Shown one piece after another: positions 1 to 4,968 of a stretch of DNA of 4,968 bases. Position 1 is the first letter of the stretch, and the number at the start of each line of letters is the position of its first letter. The stretch lies in the IMG/VR virus record IMGVR_UViG_2711768013_000005; one strand, written 5' to 3'. The translations under genes and the position numbers were made by a program. The notes beneath the pieces are model-generated. The model saw only the letters and a program-made list of their open reading frames with translations. It ran no database searches and was not told the origin of the DNA. The DNA is from a virus (lineage: Duplodnaviria; Heunggongvirae; Uroviricota; Caudoviricetes).

Positions 1-17
1 GCCTGTCCAATGTGCAT

Positions 18-51
18 AAAAAAATCCGGAAACAAGTGAGCGTTTCCGGAT
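18..51 (-). terminator. Rho-independent (intrinsic) terminator about 33 nt downstream of the portal stop codon
   Basis: Seen in sequence: minus-strand RNA reads AAUCCGGAAAC-GCUCACUU-GUUUCCGGAUU followed by a U tract (7 T; plus-strand A run at 18-24). Perfect 10-11 bp GC-containing stem (plus 24-33 / 42-51) with an 8-nt loop. On the plus strand the stem is followed by TCTTACACA, so it is functional mainly in the minus direction. Confidence 0.6.
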
Positions 52-84
52 TCTTACACAGCCACTGGATCGGTCAACTGATCC

Positions 85-1241
85 TTAACTGATCGGCATT
101 ACACCACCGGGACGCGGATTCATATCTTCCAGGTCGCGGCAGTCATTGGAAGAGTAAATTCCCCAGTTGATCCCGGTGGCGTAGGCTTCAAAACGGGACT
201 TCATATCCCCGCGCAGTAACGCCCCGGCGTTAAATTTGGCGTAATAAACGCCCTGCTTACTTTTTCGTACCAGTCCGGTGTTGATCCGCTGTTCGATGCG
301 GGTCAGATACGGCACCAGTGAATAGTTGATAAATCCCAGCCCCAGCTCTTCGATATTGTTGAAGGTGGCGCGATCGGTGTTCTGCACCATGTGCAACGGC
401 ACCCGGAACAGACGACAGATTTCTTCCAGCTGAAACTTGCGGGTTTCCAGGAACTGACTGTCCTCGGCGTTCAGCGCCATCGACTTCCAGTCCAGCCCCA
501 TTTCCAGAATCATCGGGCGGTGAGCATTGCCAAGCCCCGTGTGACACTCCTCAAAATCTTTCTTCAGACGCTCGTAAGCATCCGGCGTGAGCTTTTGTTC
601 CGTACGCAACACACCGGATGTCACCGCACCATTACTAAACAACCTGGCACCGTGCTCCTCGGTTGCCGCTGCCAGTGAAATGGCCTCACGCGCATACGCA
701 ATGGGATTCAGCCCGACAAGTCCATCCAGCGTCAGGGTGCGCACATGCCAGATTTCATTCTGGGTCAACACATCCACGGAACCATCCGGAAACGTCACCT
801 GATAAACCGGCTGCCACTGGCTGTTCAGCTTCGGTTCCACACAGCCCGGATCTATCGGAAGAAGCTCCACCACTTCTCCCAGTGCCTTTACCTTGTAGGC
901 GTAAAAATTCCCCCGTAGACACAGGCAGACAATAACCAGCTCCCAGAATTCCTGCGGTGTCATGTAGCCATTAGGTTTTGCCGAAACCAACTTATGCAGT
1001 CGTTCATCCACCGCCCGTGTTTTCAGGGTACCGCTGATTTTGTAGAGACTGCAGGGCAGCATACCAACAGACTCTGCCAGCACCCTGACGCAAGAATAGA
1101 CCGCCGTCAGGCGCATGGCCCGCTGGCTACTGATCCGCTTTCCGGTATAGGTGTCGTATGACAGCCCGATAGCATCAGCAGTTCTGCTGGCGTGGTCACC
1201 GGCACATCGCTTTTTCGTTGAAATAATCCCGAAAAGAACAC
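85..1241 (-). CDS. Phage portal protein, HK97 family; 5' end appears frameshifted (alternative boundaries: in-frame ATG at 1114-1116, or the long ORF to 1332)
   Basis: Minus-strand ORF open from 1332 to TAA at 85-87 (415 codons). Translation carries the portal-like segment AMRLTAVYSCVRVLAESVGMLPCSLYKISG near the N-terminus and has the expected size and position (immediately downstream of terminase large subunit). In this frame there is no ATG/GTG/TTG between the TTG at 1330-1332 (no RBS, overlaps the upstream small ORF) and the ATG at 1114-1116. A GTG at 1239-1241, preceded by GGAGGT with a 5-nt spacer and overlapping the upstream stop (TAGTG), opens a different frame that runs 44 codons to TGA at 1107-1109. 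Family assignment is from memory of HK97-type portals. Confidence 0.85.
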
Positions 1242-1423
1242 TATTTACCTCCGCCGACAGACTGCCGTGTACGGTCGAGATATCGCGCCACCAGCCACGA
1301 CCAGAACAGGCACAGCGCCCCGGCAACAACAAAACCCGCCGGGGGATAAATCAGCCAGGCACCATACGCCAGCAAAAGCGCACCCAGCACGCCCACCAGA
1401 GGCGCGAGAATCAGCATGATCAT
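1241..1423 (-). CDS. Small hypothetical membrane protein (60 aa, two predicted transmembrane helices) between terminase large subunit and portal
   Basis: [63 protein letters not shown]: two hydrophobic stretches followed by a basic tail. ATG at 1421-1423 is preceded by GAGGT at 6-nt spacing, 11 nt after the TerL stop (TAA, 1435-1437). Its stop TAG (1241-1243) overlaps the GTG of the putative portal start. Function unknown; the call rests on RBS, coupling and hydrophobicity only. Confidence 0.55.
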   Translation of the reverse strand: MIMLILAPLVGVLGALLLAYGAWLIYPPAGFVVAGALCLFWSWLVARYLDRTRQSVGGGK

Positions 1424-1434
1424 AATTACCTCAG

Positions 1435-3168
1435 TTAAAGCGAGCGGATCCCGTAGGACTCAATGTGGTCAGACAGCGTGTCTTCTTTCTCGTACAGCAT
1501 GGCTCTGCCAACCGCCATAATCAGCGCAACTGCACCATCGATTTTGTTTTCCGCCTGCTCTTTGACGGGTTTCACCACATCATCGTTACCCGGCATGTTT
1601 TTGCCGACCACGTTGCCGATACACCAGGTCATGATGGGATTGCCGTCATGATGAAAACGTCCCGATTCAATCGCTGCTTCCAGCTCTTTCATCGGATCGG
1701 ACATATTGGTGAAGTTCTGGACGATAGTGACGGGATTCAGGTCTTCATCAGCAAGGTCATGTGACAACCCGGTCGCCCCGAAGGGGTCGATGGGTGACTC
1801 ACTGACCGGGCTGATTTTGTTCGCCGCTTTGGCCTCCTCGAGGATGTAGCGATAATCCACCTCCGCACCATCGGTAACGGTCAGAACGCCCATTTCCACC
1901 CATTTCTGAAAGCGTTCGGCTGTCCGTCGATCTTCATTTTTCTCGACGCTGTACACCGTGTCATACGGTACCCAGAAACGCGGGGCCACACTGTAGTAAT
2001 GCGTTTTACCGTCAATCTCGCGGGTATAAAGTCGCGCCATGCTGTTCATATCCAGCTTACGCGCCAGGTCAAAGGCCAGAATGCACGGCTGCCCCTCGAA
2101 CTGCTCAAGGGTCAGTGATTTATCCTCGCAGCTCTGCCAGCTCACCAAGTTGAAATACGCCGAACGCGCCGACACCCAGATATTGAGGTGTTTTGTTTTA
2201 AAGACGTTTGCCAGACGGGCGTTATTTTTCGCACGCTGCTGCTGACTTAACAAAAATTCGCGATAAACCGACACGCCAATATTTGGATTGGCTTTTTCCA
2301 GCACCTGCGGGCCGGTCCAGTCGTCACCTTCATCAACGGTATAGATGATCCCGAACAGTTCATCGTTAGGCACCGAGCCGTTGAGCATCTCGATGACTTC
2401 CCGCCGCTTGTCGTAGCACGGCCCCTCAATGTTGTACCCGGCGGTGGTGATGGCCCACATCAGTGGCTGACGTCGCGCCCCCATCCCGGTAAGCATTGTG
2501 GTATAAAGCGCATCGGTGGCATGCTCGTGATATTCATCAACCACGGCACAGTGGGGTGATGAACCATCACCTGGGTTGCCGATCAGCGGTTCAAACCGCG
2601 CGCCATCCTCCGGACGGTTCATGTTTGAGGCGTTAACCTCAATCCCGAACGCTTCCGTCAGCATGGGTGTGCGTTTACACATCAGTCGCGCCGGGCGAAA
2701 GACTTCCCACGCCTGTTTCTCTGTCGTGGCACCGGAATACACTTCCGCGCCAAACTCGTTATCACAGGCAAAACAATACAGGGCAACACCGGCAGAGATT
2801 GCTGATTTGCCGTTCTTACGGGGGATTTCGGTGTACACCTCCCGGAAGCGGCGCAACCGGGTGCCTTTATTGACCCAGCCAAACGCACAGCAGATCACAA
2901 ATAGCTGCCACGGCTCCAGCGTGATGGGCATCCGTTTGAATGCCCACTCCCCCTTGGTGTGCGGCAACAGCTGAATAAATTTCGCGGCCCGTTCAGCCAG
3001 GTCCTTGTCGAAGCGGTAACGAAACGACTTACTTTTTTCCGCCATCAGGTCATCAAGATGGCGCTGGCAGGCCTGAATCACAAACTGGCAGGCAACAATC
3101 TTTCCGCGCACGACATCCCGGGCATACTGATTTGCAGCATTTACGTTGGGGTAAGATTTCCGGCTCAT
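1435..3168 (-). CDS. Phage terminase large subunit (Terminase_1-type, the partner of P27-family small subunits)
   Basis: 577-codon minus-strand ORF with ATG at 3166-3168 and TAA at 1435-1437. Contains an ATPase P-loop-like motif ([14 protein letters not shown]), an acidic DEYHEH segment consistent with Walker B, and C-terminal nuclease-domain length. The ATG overlaps the TerS stop (ATGA at 3165-3168), indicating translational coupling. Family recognition from memory. Confidence 0.95.
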   Translation of the reverse strand: MSRKSYPNVNAANQYARDVVRGKIVACQFVIQACQRHLDDLMAEKSKSFRYRFDKDLAERAAKFIQLLPHTKGEWAFKRMPITLEPWQLFVICCAFGWVNKGTRLRRFREVYTEIPRKNGKSAISAGVALYCFACDNEFGAEVYSGATTEKQAWEVFRPARLMCKRTPMLTEAFGIEVNASNMNRPEDGARFEPLIGNPGDGSSPHCAVVDEYHEHATDALYTTMLTGMGARRQPLMWAITTAGYNIEGPCYDKRREVIEMLNGSVPNDELFGIIYTVDEGDDWTGPQVLEKANPNIGVSVYREFLLSQQQRAKNNARLANVFKTKHLNIWVSARSAYFNLVSWQSCEDKSLTLEQFEGQPCILAFDLARKLDMNSMARLYTREIDGKTHYYSVAPRFWVPYDTVYSVEKNEDRRTAERFQKWVEMGVLTVTDGAEVDYRYILEEAKAANKISPVSESPIDPFGATGLSHDLADEDLNPVTIVQNFTNMSDPMKELEAAIESGRFHHDGNPIMTWCIGNVVGKNMPGNDDVVKPVKEQAENKIDGAVALIMAVGRAMLYEKEDTLSDHIESYGIRSL

Positions 3169-3659
3169 GATTCGATAATTTTCAGAAACGGGTTAGTGGC
3201 TTTCTTCTGCCCCGCCAGGCCAATCAGACGCTGGCGGCTGCTGGGGTCGAGTCCGAGCATTGCCCCCGTGCTGCTCATCTCGGACTCCTGTTCTTTTTTG
3301 GCGGTCAGCTCCGGATTTTTGACCCTGCCGCCCATTGCACCGGTGATGGTGTTGCCCTGTATGGCAATATTTTTCACGGCACGTCGCCAGAACTCATAGG
3401 CCACGCACCACCGCTCAAGTACCGCCAGGTCAGTCACGCACAGCAGGCCCTGACCGCAGAGTTCTTTGGTTGTCAGTTGCCACATGATCGTGGCGAGAGG
3501 GAGATCTTCTTCAGCGAACCACTCTGGTGGCTCAACACCTTTGATGGGCGTAAAAACAGGTTCATCTTTGTTCAGGGCTCGCTTGCCGGGGTTTCCGGCC
3601 AGCGCCTTGCGCGCCGTTGGCTTGGGGCGACGCCCGGAACGCCCCGCCGTTCCAGCCAT
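3165..3659 (-). CDS. Phage terminase small subunit, P27 family
   Basis: Translation from ATG at 3657-3659 begins [34 protein letters not shown], the characteristic N-terminal signature of P27-family TerS (GRP.KPT..K.L.GNPGKR.LN..EP). AGGAG lies 9 nt upstream of this ATG. The ORF track starts 3 codons earlier at a GTG (3666-3668) that sits only 1 nt from the SD, so the ATG is preferred. Stop TGA at 3165-3167. Confidence 0.88.
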   Translation of the reverse strand: MAGTAGRSGRRPKPTARKALAGNPGKRALNKDEPVFTPIKGVEPPEWFAEEDLPLATIMWQLTTKELCGQGLLCVTDLAVLERWCVAYEFWRRAVKNIAIQGNTITGAMGGRVKNPELTAKKEQESEMSSTGAMLGLDPSSRQRLIGLAGQKKATNPFLKIIES

Positions 3660-3706
3660 ATGCGGCACTCCTGGTTAAATTTCATTTTTCGCGGGTATAA
3701 AAAAAC

Positions 3707-3760
3707 GATGGGGCGGGCAGTCCGGAAGACGTCAGGTCACAGGGATTTGCCCCGCCCCTC
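3707..3760. other. GC-rich interrupted inverted repeat in the HNH-terS intergenic region; candidate cos / terminase recognition site (alternatively an attenuator-like hairpin)
   Basis: Seen in sequence: GGGGCGGG (3710-3717) and its reverse complement CCCGCCCC (3751-3758) separated by 33 nt, extendable by GCA/TGC with one bulge. On the minus strand the 3' arm is followed by ATCG plus T7. The position, between a terminase-associated HNH endonuclease and terS, is where cos sites lie in HK97-like cos phages (established knowledge). The functional assignment is inference. Confidence 0.3.
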
Positions 3761-3780
3761 CCTACAAGTGAGAATAATTA

Positions 3781-4131
3781 TCACCGGATTCGTTCGCGCG
3801 CTGTTTTCGCTTTATGGCAGGGCCAGCACAGACTCTGCAGGTTGCTGTCTGCGTCTGTTCCGCCATGCGCTTTCGGGATGATGTGGTCGACGGTTTTCGC
3901 CTCGCTCACCACACCGACACGCAGACACAACTGACACAGACCTTTATCGCGCTTCAGAATACGGGCACGAATCACCGTCCATTTTGAGCCATAGCCACGC
4001 TGGTGGCGGCTCAGTCCGCGCTGGTGCTGCACCCAGCCTTCACCGCGATGTTTATCGCAGTAACCCGAACTGTCTGTGGTTGTACCTGCACATCCACGCT
4101 TACGGCAGGCACGTGGGATTAGTGATGGCAT
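3781..4131 (-). CDS. HNH endonuclease (terminase-associated, HK97 gp74-like role)
   Basis: 116-aa ORF with ATG at 4129-4131 (GAGGT 5 nt upstream) and TGA at 3781-3783. Contains the HNH core VDHIIPKAHGGTDADSNLQSLCWPCHKAKT flanked by Cys pairs (CQLC ... CWPC), plus an N-terminal Cys/His cluster (C..C ... C..H). Located immediately upstream of terS, as is typical. Confidence 0.9.
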   Translation of the reverse strand: MPSLIPRACRKRGCAGTTTDSSGYCDKHRGEGWVQHQRGLSRHQRGYGSKWTVIRARILKRDKGLCQLCLRVGVVSEAKTVDHIIPKAHGGTDADSNLQSLCWPCHKAKTARERIR

Positions 4132-4173
4132 AAATACCTCATACCCTGCGAAATGTTTACCACGATAAAAAGG

Positions 4174-4418
4174 CTACTTAATGCACTGAGTGCGGATATA
4201 CTCCTGTGCCCCTTCCAGTTGCATCTGCATCGTCATCAGCCGCTCTCTGAGGGTGAAATAATCCCGTTCAGCGGTGTCTGCCAGTCGGGGGCTGGTTGCA
4301 TTATCCACGCCGGAGGCGGTGGTGGCTTCACGCACTGACTGACAGACTGCTTTGATGTGCAACCGACGACGACCAGCGGCAACATCAGCGCGCAGAGTTT
4401 CATTTTCAGCTTTCGCAT
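4174..4418 (-). CDS. Rz: Rz-like i-spanin, C-terminal fragment (5' portion lost in the N run)
   Basis: Translation after the gap, AKAENETLRADVAAGRRRLHIKAVCQSVREATTASGVDNATSPRLADTAERDYFTLRERLMTMQMQLEGAQEYIRTQCIK, closely matches my recollection of the lambda Rz C-terminus (..DVAAGRRRLHIKAVCQSVREATTASGVDNAASPRLADTAERDYFTLRERL..). Stop TAG at 4174-4176. The N-terminal residues shown in the ORF track before the X run (MNNVAIIT..) are out-of-frame junk. Confidence 0.85.
4236..4418 (-). CDS. Rz1: Rz1-like o-spanin outer-membrane lipoprotein, embedded in the +1 frame of Rz
   Basis: ATG at 4416-4418 lies immediately next to the first N. Translation MRKLKMKLCALMLPLVVVGCTSKQSVSQCVKPPPPPAWIMQPAPDWQTPLNGIISPSESG (60 aa) has the lipobox LVVVGC and proline-rich core, nearly identical to lambda Rz1 as I recall it. 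Stop at 4236-4238. Its RBS lies inside the N run. Confidence 0.9.
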   Translation of the reverse strand: MRKLKMKLCALMLPLVVVGCTSKQSVSQCVKPPPPPAWIMQPAPDWQTPLNGIISPSESG

Positions 4419-4589
4419 NNNNNNNNNNNNNNNNNNNNNNNNNNNNNNNNNNNNNNNNNNNNNNNNNNNNNNNNNNNNNNNNNNNNNNNNNNNNNNNNNN
4501 NNNNNNNNNNNNNNNNNNNNNNNNNNNNNNNNNNNNNNNNNNNNNNNNNNNNNNNNNNNNNNNNNNNNNNNNNNNNNNNNNNNNNNNNN
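4419..4589. other. Run of 171 N (assembly gap or masked sequence)
   Basis: Directly visible. It interrupts the lysis cassette between the SAR-endolysin N-terminus and the Rz1 start. ORF-track entries containing X runs are artefacts of translating N. Confidence 1.
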
Positions 4590-4679
4590 ACCACCTGGGC
4601 CAGTGATTAACACAGATGCTATAGCAACAGCCCCACCACCAATAGCAGCTGCAACAGCCTTGCGTAATGATGGCGACAT
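4590..4679 (-). CDS. SAR endolysin (phage 21 R-type lysozyme), N-terminal fragment truncated by the N run
   Basis: ATG at 4677-4679 with GAGGTG 5 nt upstream, overlapping the holin stop (TAATG). Translation [30 protein letters not shown] matches my recollection of the signal-anchor-release (SAR) N-terminus of the phage 21 endolysin ([30 protein letters not shown]..). The remaining ~135 aa are not present in the window. Confidence 0.75.
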
Positions 4680-4894
4680 TATTCACCTCTCGCAGCCTTA
4701 CGCTTGTCTTCTCTTATTTTGAAATACAGATTTGTCAGATAAGTCAGAAGCCCCAGAAGCAGACTTCCCAGCACACCAATCGCAGCCCACTGTGATGGAC
4801 TGACCTGATCCAACCACTGCAAAAACCAGTAGCCGGCACTGCCGGCGGAGGTGCCGTAGGCAATGCCTGTTGATATTTTTTCCATCTGATACAT
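4679..4894 (-). CDS. Class II holin, S21-type pinholin, with dual-start motif
   Basis: 71-aa [77 protein letters not shown] at 4892-4894 and a second in-frame ATG at codon 4 (4883-4885), two transmembrane segments and a charged C-terminus. Nearly identical to the phage 21 / DLP12-type S holin as recalled. G-rich SD-like sequence (GGGGGGCGGG) just upstream. Stop TAA at 4679-4681. Confidence 0.92.
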   Translation of the reverse strand: MYQMEKISTGIAYGTSAGSAGYWFLQWLDQVSPSQWAAIGVLGSLLLGLLTYLTNLYFKIREDKRKAARGE

Positions 4895-4925
4895 ATCCCG
4901 CCCCCCGACAGACCTGTGCTATCGG

Positions 4926-4960
4926 AAAGAAAAAAGGCCATCAGCAAAACTCTGATGGCC
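4926..4960 (-). terminator. Rho-independent terminator 27 nt upstream of the holin start (tR'-like late-operon terminator)
   Basis: Seen in sequence: minus-strand RNA GGCCAUCAG-AGUUUUG-CUGAUGGCC followed by UUUUUUCUUUCC (9-bp perfect stem at plus 4936-4960, 7-nt loop, T tract at plus 4926-4935). Assignment as the Q-antiterminated tR' equivalent is by analogy with lambda and phage 21 late operons (established knowledge plus inference). Confidence 0.6.
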
Positions 4961-4968
4961 TGAATCAC

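Noticed and set aside
391-935. Plus-strand ORFs 391-678, 587-802 and 663-935, and minus-strand ORF 257-547
   Set aside because: All lie entirely within the portal gene, antisense or out of frame. Translations are Pro/Arg/His-rich low-complexity strings typical of alternative frames of a GC-rich gene, with no RBS context.
1242-1332. N-terminal extension of the portal ORF back to the TTG at 1330-1332 (ORF-track start [15 protein letters not shown]..)
   Set aside because: No purine-rich RBS upstream of the TTG; the extension overlaps the well-supported small ORF in another frame by about 90 nt, and its translation (Cys/Trp/Arg-rich) does not look like a protein N-terminus.
1151-1764. Plus-strand ORFs 1151-1438, 1463-1651 and 1465-1764
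   Set aside because: Antisense to the portal 5' end, the small ORF and the TerL 3' end; no start context; basic, low-complexity translations.
2039-3399. ORFs 2039-2245 (+), 2247-2429 (-), 2576-2974 (+), 2667-2873 (+), 2682-2888 (-) and 2959-3399 (+)
   Set aside because: All are embedded in the terminase large or small subunit genes in alternative frames or antisense. The terminase frame is continuous and strongly protein-like, so these are frame shadows.
3707-3760. Reading the GC-rich inverted repeat as a canonical rho-independent terminator between HNH and terS
   Set aside because: The loop is about 33 nt and the T tract begins 4 nt after the stem, which is atypical for an intrinsic terminator. 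terS is clearly co-oriented and needs read-through, so cos or another structured site is the preferred interpretation, held at low confidence.
3466-3881. Plus-strand ORFs 3466-3678 and 3477-3881, spanning terS, the intergenic palindrome and the HNH 3' end
   Set aside because: Antisense to two confidently identified genes; translations are Arg/Gly/Ser-rich. The only part outside known genes is the GC-rich palindrome, which is better explained as a structural or cos element.
4153-4338. Plus-strand ORF 4153-4338 (MFTTIKRLLNALSADILLCPFQ..)
   Set aside because: Antisense to the Rz/Rz1 overlap region; no RBS; short.
4174-4722. ORF-track entries that span the N run (4174-4686, 4236-4679, 4352-4606, 4357-4722, 4406-4594)
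   Set aside because: They are produced by translating N as X and artificially fuse unrelated pieces (for example the endolysin SAR N-terminus to Rz1). Only the parts outside the gap were interpreted, as separate partial genes.
4744-4968. Minus-strand ORF 4744-4968 ([20 protein letters not shown]..)
   Set aside because: Overlaps the holin gene out of frame and runs through the terminator hairpin; its open frame extends off the window edge and has no start context. The holin assignment is far stronger.
1-4968. Search for CRISPR arrays, tandem repeats, tRNA/tmRNA, integrase/att sites, IS elements or defence-system genes
   Set aside because: No repeated spacer-repeat periodicity, no cloverleaf-like structured segments in intergenic DNA (which is minimal), and every sizeable ORF is accounted for by phage lysis or packaging functions.

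Overview
All credible genes in this 4,968-bp window are on the minus strand and form a contiguous piece of a lambdoid / HK97-like prophage late operon, with enterobacterial (E. coli/Salmonella-like) sequence character. In the direction of transcription (high to low coordinates): intrinsic terminator (tR'-like, 4926-4960) -> S21-type pinholin (4679-4894) -> N-terminal SAR domain of an R21-type endolysin (4590-4679) -> run of 171 N (4419-4589) that removes the rest of the endolysin and the 5' part of Rz -> Rz C-terminus with complete embedded Rz1 (4174-4418) -> HNH endonuclease (3781-4131) -> GC-rich palindromic intergenic region, a candidate cos site (about 3707-3760) -> P27-family terminase small subunit (3165-3659) -> terminase large subunit (1435-3168) -> 60-aa two-helix membrane protein (1241-1423) -> HK97-family portal (85-1241) -> intrinsic terminator (18-51). 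Plus-strand ORFs in the track all look like antisense artefacts. I find no CRISPR, tRNA, rRNA, IS element or recognisable defence system: from what is visible this is an ordinary, mosaic prophage lysis-plus-packaging module, not a novel system. The most checkable oddities are an apparent frameshift at the 5' end of the portal gene, an N gap too short for the genes it must contain, and the candidate cos site next to the HNH gene. All protein identifications rest on family features and sequences recalled from memory (lambda Rz/Rz1, phage 21 S and R, P27-type TerS, Terminase_1 TerL, HK97-type portal), not on any database search.
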